This document shows, piece after piece, positions 1 through 8,653 of a DNA stretch of 64,000 nt. The stretch lies in the IMG/VR virus record IMGVR_UViG_3300025929_000001, positions 1 through 64,000 of that record; one strand, written 5' to 3'. The stretch comes from a virus. The notes under the pieces were generated by a model. The model was not told where the DNA came from and did not search any database. It saw nothing but the letters and a program-made list of their open reading frames with translations. A program made the translations under genes and the position numbers. The first letter of the stretch is position 1. The number at the start of each line of letters is the position of its first letter.

Positions 1-409
1 CAACCATTTCCGTAAGTAAACTTCCCGCAGTGCAACACAATGGGGTCCGGGCCATCTATACTAGGTAAGGATACCGACCTCCCCATCTGGCTTCTCCAAC
101 GCCAATACCGCAACACTAAACCCCCACAACACCCCTAGCGCACACGGCAACCCCACTACAAGCGCACCAAACACCCTCCCCCATACCAACCCCTTACCCT
201 CCCATTAAACAGCGCACAACCCCATTTAACCCCCTTGCCCAGCCTCTCACAACCAGCCGTTAACCAGCCCGTAAGTGACCGTACCCCCATCTCCCCAATT
301 CCCAATTCCACCTGTCTAAAAAATTTAAAATTTTACAATGTTCCCCTATCAACACACAACTAAACCCCAAAATTCACCCATAAGACCGCAATAAACCCTA
401 AATTTCAGC

Positions 410-439
410 TTGCGTACCCGCAAAGAAACCACGCATAAT
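410..439 (+). promoter_or_regulatory. sigma70-like promoter upstream of thyA (TTGCGT-18-CATAAT)
   Basis: -35/-10-like hexamers about 70 bp upstream of the thyA start; same TTGC-type -35 as other promoters in the window. Confidence 0.5.
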
Positions 440-509
440 GTACCCACTGCAATAATGCAGCCACGGAACTATTTAACACCTAAAAACCATCTACGGAGCT
501 TATCGGACC

Positions 510-1454
510 ATGAATATTAGTATGGAACAACAATACCTCAACCTGATGGCTAGCATCCTAACCGACGGTGAGCGCGTCCAAAATCGTACAGGCATCGACT
601 CCCTTATGATTCCGGGTGCGCACCTTACCGCCGACCTCCGTCAAGGGTTCCCCGCCTTAACGACCAAAAAGCTTGCCTGGAAAGCATTACGCGGAGAGCT
701 GATCGCCTTCCTGGAAGCCAAGTCCAATGCAGCCGACTTCCGCAAGTACGATTGCAACATCTGGGACCAGAACGCTAACGAGAACAGTGTGTGGTTATCC
801 AATCCCCATCGCAAGGGTACGGACGACCTCGGCAAAATCTACGGCGTGCAATGGCGCAGCTTTGACAGCACAACTATCCAGATTAACAATACAACCGTAC
901 TCGACGTCGACGGAACAGACCAAATTGAAAACGCCCTCCAAACCGTCCTCTACAATCCCTCTTCTCGTCGCATACTCGTTAATGCTTGGAATCCCAATCA
1001 GCTCGACCAAATGGCACTCCCTCCCTGCCATATTCTGTTCCAGCTCCTCCCCAACCCCACAACCAAAGTAATGCACATGTGCATGTATCAGCGATCATGC
1101 GATATGTTCCTGGGCATTCCGTTCAACATTGCGTCTTACGCACTGCTACTCGAATTGTTCTGCCGCTGGACTGGTTACACTGCCGGCAAGCTCAATATGT
1201 TCCTGGCCGATTGCCACATATACGTTAACCACATCGACGCGGTTAAAACTCAGCTCGAGCGCAACCCTTACCCAATGCCGCAGCTATTCCTGGGCGACAC
1301 CATTCACACCGTCAGCACATTACCAAACGTCGGCCCGAACCTCACCAAGTATATGAAATTGGTCGACCGGTTCCTGGCACTTACCGATCTCGAAGACATC
1401 CATCTGAACAACTACGTCTGTCACAGTGCTATTAAAGCACCCATGGCGGTATGA
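510..1454 (+). CDS. thyA: thymidylate synthase
   Basis: RTG motif, FPALTTKK, IWDQNA, LGKIYGVQWR, MALPPCH (catalytic Cys), YQRSCDMFLGIPFNIASY, DCHIYVNH, C-terminal KAPMAV. Confidence 0.97.
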   Translation: MNISMEQQYLNLMASILTDGERVQNRTGIDSLMIPGAHLTADLRQGFPALTTKKLAWKALRGELIAFLEAKSNAADFRKYDCNIWDQNANENSVWLSNPHRKGTDDLGKIYGVQWRSFDSTTIQINNTTVLDVDGTDQIENALQTVLYNPSSRRILVNAWNPNQLDQMALPPCHILFQLLPNPTTKVMHMCMYQRSCDMFLGIPFNIASYALLLELFCRWTGYTAGKLNMFLADCHIYVNHIDAVKTQLERNPYPMPQLFLGDTIHTVSTLPNVGPNLTKYMKLVDRFLALTDLEDIHLNNYVCHSAIKAPMAV

Positions 1455-1600
1455 AATTCAAAACTCTATTAAAGCTCATCGGTAAGGTCTGGTTCGGCAA
1501 AGATCGGTACTTGCACAATCCGCTGGAAGTTGTCATTTACAGCTACAAGGTACTACTCTGCGTCCTACTAGCCCTTATCCTCTTATGGTGCCTTAAATGA
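1451..1600 (+). CDS. small membrane protein (49 aa), not in ORF track
   Basis: ATGA overlap with the thyA stop and with the next start; C-terminal hydrophobic stretch VLLCVLLALILLW. Confidence 0.6.
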   Translation: MKFKTLLKLIGKVWFGKDRYLHNPLEVVIYSYKVLLCVLLALILLWCLK

Positions 1601-1812
1601 TCCCTCCCACCAACGCCCCTGAAGTCTTAGTAATCCAAATTACCCTGTACAAGGACGGTACAGTAACGACGAGCGCACACGACAATCCGTCAGAGCCTGT
1701 GGCACCGGGTATTGCTCCCCACTTGGCAACGTCCATGCTCTACCGCGCTCTGGACGCTATCTCGAGCGCTGGTTTCACCGCAGTCCCCTACAACCCAACA
1801 CAAAGGAAATAA
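1597..1812 (+). CDS. hypothetical protein
   Basis: ATGA-coupled ORF in the gene run. Confidence 0.6.
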   Translation: MIPPTNAPEVLVIQITLYKDGTVTTSAHDNPSEPVAPGIAPHLATSMLYRALDAISSAGFTAVPYNPTQRK

Positions 1813-1813
1813 A

Positions 1814-2314
1814 ATGTCTAATATGTTGAACTATGCAATGCGTGAGCTGGAGCTCGCTGGCTTCCCGATGTCCCTGAGCGCACGCAAGGACGATGACGAT
1901 TACTACGCTTACCAGACTGCGGAATGCGTCTACCAGCTCTTGAAGGTACTCGGCGAACAAGGTCACAGCGGTATGTCGATACAACCCGTCATCTCCCTGT
2001 TTACCAAGCTGGCACGATACCAACCACTTAGCCCGCTCACCGGTGCAGACGACGAATGGCTGGACGTGAGCGAAGCCAGCGGCTGTCCCATGTGGCAAAA
2101 CAAACGCGCTTCTGCTGTATTCAAAGACGAACGCGGCGCGTATTACCTGGACGCAGTGCAGTACGTCTACCCCGACGGCCGCACAACCACGGGTGGAAGG
2201 CATCCAATTACCTTCCCCTACACACCGACAACGAAATACATTCCAATCGACGAGTCTGGAATGCCCGTTGTGCCCATGTCGCCAAACAACCAGATCGAAC
2301 CGATCGAGCGATAA
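1814..2314 (+). CDS. conserved phage hypothetical protein
   Basis: AAGGA SD before ATG 1814; GHSGMS, LSPLTGADDEW and WQNKR motifs typical of a widespread phage family. Confidence 0.75.
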   Translation: MSNMLNYAMRELELAGFPMSLSARKDDDDYYAYQTAECVYQLLKVLGEQGHSGMSIQPVISLFTKLARYQPLSPLTGADDEWLDVSEASGCPMWQNKRASAVFKDERGAYYLDAVQYVYPDGRTTTGGRHPITFPYTPTTKYIPIDESGMPVVPMSPNNQIEPIER

Positions 2315-2350
2315 TCCACTAACCCTCTCAATGCCTTACAACCCCTCTCA

Positions 2351-2623
2351 ATGAATACGCCTATGTACTACCGTCGACGCCCTGAAATGGTCCTTGCCTA
2401 TCAATTATCCGTGGACAATATGCTTGCCCTGGAAGCTTGGTGCGGTGGCGCCATCAAAGGAACTAAACTTCCTGTCAACCAGCGTGTTATTGAAATACAC
2501 GTTCGCGGCGAGGAAATACGTGCCGAGATAGGGGACTGGATCGTTAAGGGCTTCAACGGTAGCTTTAGCGTCATGGACGCTGTTGCATTCCAACTTGCGT
2601 TCGAGCCTACAATTCCCCAATAA
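2351..2623 (+). CDS. conserved phage hypothetical protein (GDWIVKG family)
   Basis: YRRRP...A.Q and IGDWIVKG..G.F.....F...FE pattern. Confidence 0.7.
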   Translation: MNTPMYYRRRPEMVLAYQLSVDNMLALEAWCGGAIKGTKLPVNQRVIEIHVRGEEIRAEIGDWIVKGFNGSFSVMDAVAFQLAFEPTIPQ

Positions 2624-2648
2624 CACCATCCCCTAATAACAATAAACT

Positions 2649-2843
2649 ATGAGACTAGAAAAAATCTGTAACGCACTCACGGTCGTAGCCGCGCTAACTG
2701 CGACCCTTCCTTTATTCTCATCTTGCACACCATTAGACGAAATAATAGTCAATGGCTCGAACAACAAGACCCGAAAATTCTTCAACACCTGCGAACAAAA
2801 TGGTGGTATAAAGCAACTTAGCGCTGCCACCATTACCAACTAG
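2649..2843 (+). CDS. putative small lipoprotein
   Basis: basic N-terminus, hydrophobic stretch, lipobox-like FSSC; weak RBS. Confidence 0.4.
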   Translation: MRLEKICNALTVVAALTATLPLFSSCTPLDEIIVNGSNNKTRKFFNTCEQNGGIKQLSAATITN

Positions 2844-2874
2844 ACCTTTATTAGACGATAACTGGAGCGCTCAA

Positions 2875-3126
2875 ATGGAAACGATTTATCAACACCCTGC
2901 TTACACCGAACTCCCAATTAAGGAAGCTGCCATGCCAAAGGCACCTACACAAGAAATTCCAACTGAGTACTGCGTCCAGCCTGACACCCGCAATGTCTGG
3001 ATCTTCGACGTCCCGCCAGCGAACCTCATGAACCGCAAAATTTTGCTGCTGACTATAATGGGTATCGGTGTGCACGCCATCTGGCAGGGTAATCTCGGCA
3101 CCCATTACACCGGCTATTCCGCATAG
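2875..3126 (+). CDS. hypothetical protein
   Basis: GGAG SD; PP..M.RKILLLT..G.G...W.G pattern. Confidence 0.65.
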   Translation: METIYQHPAYTELPIKEAAMPKAPTQEIPTEYCVQPDTRNVWIFDVPPANLMNRKILLLTIMGIGVHAIWQGNLGTHYTGYSA

Positions 3127-3169
3127 CAAACCCGTACAACAAACCCTCCAATTCAATAGGAGTGTAGCA

Positions 3170-3583
3170 ATGCCAAAGAAATTCGCAACCTACCCAAACG
3201 AGTTCTTCGACCAAGTTAGGATTCGGCTTGGTGTGGCCAACGATTATCAGCTCGCGCGTGCTGTGCAAATCGACGGTAGCACCATCAAACGCATACGGGA
3301 AGGCGGGCTACAGCTCAGCGCCGCCAACCTGTTAAACATCTATGACCACACTGGTTGGTCGATCGAGGAGCTCCGTTCCCTGTTGTATCAGCGTATTATT
3401 GTGCGCGACCAATGGCGCAACATTACCCGCTTCTTCGAGCCCGAACTGCAAATAAAGATTAAACCAATTGAAGAAACATCAGATGTGCGGCGAGCAATGC
3501 AGCGTTTGTCTCGCCTCAGCAATCAGGAGCCTGAACCCTTCGAAAGACGTCAGCCTCGAGCTGACAGACGAATTGTCGGTTAA
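3170..3583 (+). CDS. XRE/Cro-like HTH protein, paralog 1
   Basis: AGGAG SD; YPNEFFD...NDYQLARAVQIDGSTIKRIR...LLNIYDHTGWSIEELR. Confidence 0.75.
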   Translation: MPKKFATYPNEFFDQVRIRLGVANDYQLARAVQIDGSTIKRIREGGLQLSAANLLNIYDHTGWSIEELRSLLYQRIIVRDQWRNITRFFEPELQIKIKPIEETSDVRRAMQRLSRLSNQEPEPFERRQPRADRRIVG

Positions 3584-3644
3584 CGCACTGTCCAAAACTT
3601 TTTCCAAATACAAACGAGCGACCGCTACTAAGCGCCCAAACAAA

Positions 3645-4088
3645 ATGTCCTTTAAAACTGATCACCTCAAACAGTATCCCAACGAGTTCTTTGACTTCAT
3701 TAAAAAGGAAATGGACTTAAAGAACGACGCGGAGCTAGCGCGTATGATTGGGATTAATCAAGCAACGGTTAGCCGGCTGCGCAGTAACACGCCGCACAAC
3801 TCCAACTGCATGTCGATGCCCCGCGTATCTGACACACATTTGCTAGCGCTGTACGACGCAACAGGAATGTCCATTGAGCAGTTGCGCGGCAAGCTGTACT
3901 TGAAGGAATTTACCAAACCCCTTTTGACGCCGCATGAGATTATCCAGCGTCGTCTGAAGGCTGAAAACGAAGTGATGGCAGAAAAGCAACGTAGATACCG
4001 CGAGAGCATTAAAAATGACCCAACCCGTAAAGACAGCAAAGCGTCCCACAATGACACCCCGCGACTTTTTACTGCTGGAGCCGATTGA
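3645..4088 (+). CDS. XRE/Cro-like HTH protein, paralog 2
   Basis: YPNEFFD...LKNDAELARMIGINQATVSRLR...LLALYDATGMSIEQLR; start uncertain. Confidence 0.75.
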   Translation: MSFKTDHLKQYPNEFFDFIKKEMDLKNDAELARMIGINQATVSRLRSNTPHNSNCMSMPRVSDTHLLALYDATGMSIEQLRGKLYLKEFTKPLLTPHEIIQRRLKAENEVMAEKQRRYRESIKNDPTRKDSKASHNDTPRLFTAGAD

Positions 4089-4521
4089 CATTCCGCAGTA
4101 CCAATCGGAATTCATCGACGCTTTACGGGACTACATGGGGGCAAGGAATTACGCGCAGTTGGGCAGAGCGCTGCGGATACCTTGTGGAACCATCACCAAG
4201 CTGCGTTCCGGGGACTTGCGTGTCTCCGGAGGTTATTTGCTAAGAATATACGATACTACCGGTTTGAGTATTGAGCAGTTGCGCGAGATGCTGTATAAGC
4301 GTAAATTTACAGCGCCGCAAAAGCCCACCAACCCCGCATATCTTATGGCCAAGGAAAGAGGCTATAGACGCGATACGGACAATAAAGCGGTACCTAGCAT
4401 CGTTATGCCCAGCGACGTACAGAAGCGTCACAAGAAGGCAAAGACGCGTGAAGTAGTAGAGGAACCGGCAGAAAAGATCGTGCAGATTGCACCTAACATC
4501 ATGCGACACAGGATTCTGTAA
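4051..4521 (+). CDS. XRE/Cro-like HTH protein, paralog 3
   Basis: YQSEFID...RNYAQLGRALRIPCGTITKLR...LLRIYDTTGLSIEQLR; start uncertain (4015 or 4051). Confidence 0.7.
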   Translation: MTPRDFLLLEPIDIPQYQSEFIDALRDYMGARNYAQLGRALRIPCGTITKLRSGDLRVSGGYLLRIYDTTGLSIEQLREMLYKRKFTAPQKPTNPAYLMAKERGYRRDTDNKAVPSIVMPSDVQKRHKKAKTREVVEEPAEKIVQIAPNIMRHRIL

Positions 4522-4727
4522 TGATTACCGAACAAGAACTAGAAGGTCTGAAGTCGCAGCTCCAGCTTATCAACAGCGACCTCGAGCTATACAGCGAGGA
4601 AGAACATCTCGAAGTAGAAAAGTTCCGCACTGACATGCGCAACCTCATTCGCTTCTACGGCAACACCGCCGAACTAGCGATTATTGCAATTTCCCTTGAA
4701 ATCACCATCAGAAAGGCCATGAATTAA
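4521..4727 (+). CDS. hypothetical protein
   Basis: TAATG-coupled ORF. Confidence 0.65.
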   Translation: MITEQELEGLKSQLQLINSDLELYSEEEHLEVEKFRTDMRNLIRFYGNTAELAIIAISLEITIRKAMN

Positions 4728-4728
4728 A

Positions 4729-4974
4729 ATGGACTACAGACCAAACAACGACGGCATCATCCCGGGCAGCGAAACAATGCACATCAACACCAACCCACTG
4801 GCACAGGGCGCACAACTGCTGAAGCTAATCCAAAACGTGACAAAGGATTGGGATACAGTCATTGTGCTTGCTGACCATCAAGCCAAGCTGATCAAGCAAA
4901 AGTACGACTCTGCAATCCTCGCAGGGTTTACCGAGCAGCAAGCGCTGGACGTCTGTACCAAGCTCTGGGCGTAA
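4729..4974 (+). CDS. conserved phage hypothetical protein
   Basis: C-terminal Y....AGFTEQQAL motif common in small phage proteins. Confidence 0.7.
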   Translation: MDYRPNNDGIIPGSETMHINTNPLAQGAQLLKLIQNVTKDWDTVIVLADHQAKLIKQKYDSAILAGFTEQQALDVCTKLWA

Positions 4975-4983
4975 TCTCACATC

Positions 4984-5358
4984 ATGGGTCAATTATCCAA
5001 CATACTGCGTGACACCAGTGACAATGGTTTGATGTTCTGGTGTCCAGGCTGCAAACAAGAACATCGCATTCAGCATGGCGCTGGAGGCGGCCCGCGTTGG
5101 GGATGGAATAATGACGTTGAAAAGCCAACCTTCACGCCTTCGGTATTAGTTACTTGCGGTCATTACGCTACAGGTGAGGCGCCGGGTAACTGTTATTGCG
5201 ACGCTGAACAGCGAATACCGGGCTGGAGCAATGACGGCTGGAAATGCCTTCGCTGCCATAGTTTTGTAACCGACGGAAATATCCAGTTTTTGAGCGATTG
5301 CTCGCACGAACTAGCTGGACAGACCGTTCCACTGCCACCTTTTCCAATCAACGAGTAA
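4984..5358 (+). CDS. Cys/His-rich metal-binding protein (DUF6527-like)
   Basis: FWCPGC..H, WGWN.D.EKPTFTPSVL, RCHSFVTDG.IQFLSDC.H.LAGQTVPLP. Confidence 0.7.
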   Translation: MGQLSNILRDTSDNGLMFWCPGCKQEHRIQHGAGGGPRWGWNNDVEKPTFTPSVLVTCGHYATGEAPGNCYCDAEQRIPGWSNDGWKCLRCHSFVTDGNIQFLSDCSHELAGQTVPLPPFPINE

Positions 5359-5360
5359 TC

Positions 5361-5507
5361 ATGGGTATGATATCATGGCAAATCACCACAAACACCCTCT
5401 CTCAAAACTTAAGAATCGCAAACCCGCCAGACCTCATGCTGGTGACGCTCACGATTGCTGGTATTGTGGTCATACTGGTGGCGATCCTGTGCAGACCGCC
5501 AAAATGA
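5361..5507 (+). CDS. single-TM micropeptide (48 aa)
   Basis: hydrophobic LMLVTLTIAGIVVILVAIL; ATGA-coupled to the next ORF. Confidence 0.5.
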   Translation: MGMISWQITTNTLSQNLRIANPPDLMLVTLTIAGIVVILVAILCRPPK

Positions 5508-5575
5508 AGTCGAATGGGAACCTACTGCTTTCCATTGTCGCCTTCTTTCTTGCAATCCTGGTAGTAAAGCTGTAA
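5504..5575 (+). CDS. single-TM micropeptide (23 aa)
   Basis: MKSNGNLLLSIVAFFLAILVVKL; ATGA and TAATG overlaps on both sides. Confidence 0.5.
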   Translation: MKSNGNLLLSIVAFFLAILVVKL

Positions 5576-5673
5576 TGATCGTGCTGATAGTACCGGAGTT
5601 GGATTATCTGATGCTGGTATTCATCGCATTCTACATAATCGGACACATAATCCGTCGTGGGGGAGAGAAATAA
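5575..5673 (+). CDS. single-TM micropeptide (32 aa)
   Basis: MIVLIVPELDYLMLVFIAFYIIGHIIRRGGEK; TAATG overlaps on both sides. Confidence 0.5.
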   Translation: MIVLIVPELDYLMLVFIAFYIIGHIIRRGGEK

Positions 5674-5750
5674 TGCTGTTACCATTCATTATCGGTGCGT
5701 TCATCATTGTGTTGGTTCCTCTTGCTGCCTATATCTGCGTAAAAGGGTGA
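5673..5750 (+). CDS. single-TM micropeptide (25 aa)
   Basis: MLLPFIIGAFIIVLVPLAAYICVKG; GGGAG SD and TAATG overlap. Confidence 0.5.
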   Translation: MLLPFIIGAFIIVLVPLAAYICVKG

Positions 5751-5754
5751 TGCC

Positions 5755-6009
5755 ATGCGTATCTCCTGCGACAAACTCGACCCTTCCTACAAACGTGACA
5801 CCACTTGGGTGATGGTTTACCTGGACGGTAAGCTGCAAAGCAACGTAATTACTGCTGACGAGGAGCAGGGTTTTATTACCAAGTACGAGCAAAACGAACT
5901 TGGCGAATACCTAATTGAAGGTGACGACTTGGTCTTAGTGAAGTATCTAGGCAACGTCGTCATACGTGGTACGCCCGGCAAGCGTGCTGACGGTCTATAC
6001 GCCAAATAA
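5755..6009 (+). CDS. hypothetical protein, paralog A
   Basis: MRIS...D..Y...VYLDG.....TADEEQGFI...GNVVI; paralog of the next ORF. Confidence 0.75.
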   Translation: MRISCDKLDPSYKRDTTWVMVYLDGKLQSNVITADEEQGFITKYEQNELGEYLIEGDDLVLVKYLGNVVIRGTPGKRADGLYAK

Positions 6010-6020
6010 CTGGATTCATC

Positions 6021-6296
6021 ATGCGAGTATCATTAGACCCGGAAGACAAAGCTTACGTTAAGAACGCGACCCATATGGACGCTTACTGCAACGGGGAGCT
6101 AATTAGCGATTGCCGCATTGTGGATGAGGAACAAGGTTATATCATCTACAACAAACGCAATGCAAATGGACACCTCGTTTGCGTCAAAGGCGTTGTGCAG
6201 CGCTTTCGGATCGAAGGCAAGGTCGTACTGGCAGGGATGCCCTACAACCGCACGTCCCAAATTCACTACCAAGATTTGCCCTCTAACAGGAGCTAG
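6021..6296 (+). CDS. hypothetical protein, paralog B
   Basis: MRVS...D..Y...AYCNG.....IVDEEQGYI...GKVVL. Confidence 0.75.
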   Translation: MRVSLDPEDKAYVKNATHMDAYCNGELISDCRIVDEEQGYIIYNKRNANGHLVCVKGVVQRFRIEGKVVLAGMPYNRTSQIHYQDLPSNRS

Positions 6297-6297
6297 C

Positions 6298-6510
6298 ATG
6301 AGCCTTACCGACTGGTACGACCCAAAACAGAAGCCCACAAAAATTGGTGTATATCAGCGCGACCACGACGGCCGACTTTGGTATTCGTACTGGAACGGTA
6401 GCTATTGGGGCATGACTAGCGCCTTCGCTGACTTTGCCTTCCAATACCGTCTACAAAAATCCGCCTACCAAGAAATGCCTTGGCGCGGTCTGCAAAGGAA
6501 CCCAGAATGA
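6298..6510 (+). CDS. small Trp-rich phage protein
   Basis: AGGAG SD; LTDWY....KP...GVYQR...YSYWNG..W...WRGL. Confidence 0.75.
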   Translation: MSLTDWYDPKQKPTKIGVYQRDHDGRLWYSYWNGSYWGMTSAFADFAFQYRLQKSAYQEMPWRGLQRNPE

Positions 6511-6890
6511 CTCCGGAACAAGTTGCCAAGTCTGGCACCGAGCACGCACACCAATCCGCTTTATTTCTTTGGTTTGCGTATCAGCTGCACAAGTGGCCTG
6601 AGCTCAAGTACGCGTTTGCAATTCCTAACGGGGGCAAGCGCGATAAAATTACCGCAGCAAAGCTGAAAGCTGAAGGGGTTAAGTCGGGTACGAGCGACAT
6701 TATGATCCCGGTTGCACGTCGCGGATTCCATGGCTTCTTTCTGGAAATGAAAAAGCCAGGTGAGCGTAGCGGTGAGTCTGAAAAACAAAAAGAATTCGGT
6801 GCAGGTGTGGAAGGTCAAGGCTACTTCTATGCTGTTTGCGAGCATTGGGAAGAAGCCGCACATCTTGTTAGCTGGTATATGGGCGAGTAA
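6507..6890 (+). CDS. VRR-NUC domain nuclease
   Basis: EH..Q, FAIPNGGKR, LKAEGVKSGTSD, FFLEMKK, Q..F. Confidence 0.88.
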   Translation: MTPEQVAKSGTEHAHQSALFLWFAYQLHKWPELKYAFAIPNGGKRDKITAAKLKAEGVKSGTSDIMIPVARRGFHGFFLEMKKPGERSGESEKQKEFGAGVEGQGYFYAVCEHWEEAAHLVSWYMGE

Positions 6891-7126
6891 TGGCAGAACA
6901 AAGTAAACTCGGAAGCGTCGTCGAAACCCTGGCTAGTGTGGCTAGCGGTTTTGTCATCGCAGTAATCACGCAGCTAATCATGTTTCCTTTCTTTAACGTT
7001 CATGTTACGCTTAACGACAATTTAAAGATGACGCTTATCTTTACAATCGTCAGCATCATACGCGGCTACTATGTGCGACGTTTCTTCAACTGGATACAAA
7101 GGAACTACGCGAATGGACACAATTGA
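6890..7126 (+). CDS. small two-TM membrane protein
   Basis: QSK..S..E......GF.I; two hydrophobic helices; S.IRGYYVRRFFN. Confidence 0.75.
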   Translation: MAEQSKLGSVVETLASVASGFVIAVITQLIMFPFFNVHVTLNDNLKMTLIFTIVSIIRGYYVRRFFNWIQRNYANGHN

Positions 7127-7598
7127 CTCGCTCAAGCAGCAATTGGCAGCTATCAGCATTGCTGCTCACGGTCAATACCAAAAGGGCCAGCAGGTTCCTC
7201 CCGGTTACGACTCCGCGCAATTGCACTTGGTTGCTGATTTGCACGACCGCGCTGTTAAGGCGGAACGTGATAACGAGCGACTCCGTCTGACCATTGAGAA
7301 GAACGGCGTACCACCGGAAGTAATTGACGCATTGCGGGTCGTGCTCGGCTTGAAAGCGCAAACCAAGGACTTACGCAATGCGGATCGTAAAATCGCACGA
7401 CAGTTTTTAACGCGGTACGTCCATGCGACTCGTGCGGCGCTTGGGCAATTGGTAGTCACGCGCAATTGGGATTGCGATTTCCGGTTGGAGAACGGGAACT
7501 ACGCGAACCACTGCGTGACATGTGGTCATCCATTTATGGGACACAAACGGCGCACTATTTGCCGCAAATGCGCACTAACAGATCCCATACCAGATTAA
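7113..7598 (+). CDS. hypothetical protein with C-terminal Zn ribbon
   Basis: ENGNY...CVTC...F.GHKRR.ICRKC. Confidence 0.65.
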   Translation: MDTIDSLKQQLAAISIAAHGQYQKGQQVPPGYDSAQLHLVADLHDRAVKAERDNERLRLTIEKNGVPPEVIDALRVVLGLKAQTKDLRNADRKIARQFLTRYVHATRAALGQLVVTRNWDCDFRLENGNYANHCVTCGHPFMGHKRRTICRKCALTDPIPD

Positions 7599-7611
7599 GT
7601 TATAATAAACC

Positions 7612-7992
7612 ATGGCACTTACTAAAAATATGAATGTTATGAAGGCTCTCATCGAAGAGATCCTTCGTCGTCGGGGCGCAAACCCTAATACCACTGCACG
7701 CGACATCCGTGTCGCCCTTGGTTGTCTCAAACTCATCATCGAAGAACCGATGGTGTACATCCTTGCCGACTCTGTGCGGTTTGCGGATGCGTTTAGGGAC
7801 TCGTTCGACCGTACCTGTTTATACATCGACACGATGGAAGATTGTCTGTCGGTGCAGTCCGGTACGGTAGTTGCTCTACACACCGGGGACAAATCCGACC
7901 GCCAACGTATTCGCTACAACCAGATGCTCGAGACATTGAAAGGGCGTCCTGAAGTTGTAGTCTGGCATATTGGAAGATGGGAGCCCCGGTGA
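7612..7992 (+). CDS. hypothetical protein
   Basis: ORF in the + gene run. Confidence 0.55.
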   Translation: MALTKNMNVMKALIEEILRRRGANPNTTARDIRVALGCLKLIIEEPMVYILADSVRFADAFRDSFDRTCLYIDTMEDCLSVQSGTVVALHTGDKSDRQRIRYNQMLETLKGRPEVVVWHIGRWEPR

Positions 7993-8114
7993 GAACCGCT
8001 GTTCTAATCATGTCCTGTTTGAACGCACTGCTTGCAATTTACTGGGCGGCGCGAGGACAATATGCCAAGGCTGCTTTCTACATGGCGCTTGCTGCTTGGA
8101 TGGAACCTAAATGA
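7989..8114 (+). CDS. small hydrophobic protein (41 aa), not in ORF track
   Basis: GTGA/ATGA overlaps with both neighbours. Confidence 0.45.
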   Translation: MRTAVLIMSCLNALLAIYWAARGQYAKAAFYMALAAWMEPK

Positions 8115-8359
8115 CACATCCACTCTTCAATATCGACGATGTTGTACCGCTAACGCGTGAAGACATCCAAGCAGTTATGGATCGTGCAGCAGCAATCAGC
8201 AAAGAACCCAGGCCTGCACCCTGTCCGCTGTGCCACAGCACGCAAATTCAGGTATGCATTGATTACAACAATCGTAGCAAAGATTGGTGCCGTTGCCGCG
8301 AATGCAAATGCCAGGCACCCGCAGTAGCATGGAATAAAGGACAGGAGCAATTACGGTGA
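8111..8359 (+). CDS. Lar-like Zn-ribbon protein
   Basis: PCPLC...CRECK...AWN. Confidence 0.6.
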   Translation: MTHPLFNIDDVVPLTREDIQAVMDRAAAISKEPRPAPCPLCHSTQIQVCIDYNNRSKDWCRCRECKCQAPAVAWNKGQEQLR

Positions 8360-8634
8360 ACACTCACATACTAAAAACCGACCCGTTACCCTTTCAAGCA
8401 GTACTTGACGGCGTCAAAACTCACGAGATCCGCAAAAACGACCGCAACTTCCAAGTTGGTGACAAGCTGATATTGCGCGAAACGACAATCTCCGGTGCTG
8501 ACATGGTCAAGTTCAAAACGCCATTTGCGCAATATACCGGTCGCGCTTTCCACTGCGTCATTACCCACATTCAAACCGGTTATGGTCTAATGCCGGACTG
8601 GTGCATTCTTTCCATCAAACAGCAGGACGAATAA
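8356..8634 (+). CDS. ASCH/PUA domain protein (DUF3850-like)
   Basis: H.LK..P..FQAVLDGVKTHEIRKNDRNFQVGDKLILRE...YTGR. Confidence 0.85.
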   Translation: MNTHILKTDPLPFQAVLDGVKTHEIRKNDRNFQVGDKLILRETTISGADMVKFKTPFAQYTGRAFHCVITHIQTGYGLMPDWCILSIKQQDE

Positions 8635-8653
8635 CCACACTTCAGGAGCAGTA

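Noticed and set aside
2321-2353. Short direct repeat CCCTCTCAATG twice
   Set aside because: Only two copies; likely a small duplication of a start region with no further support.
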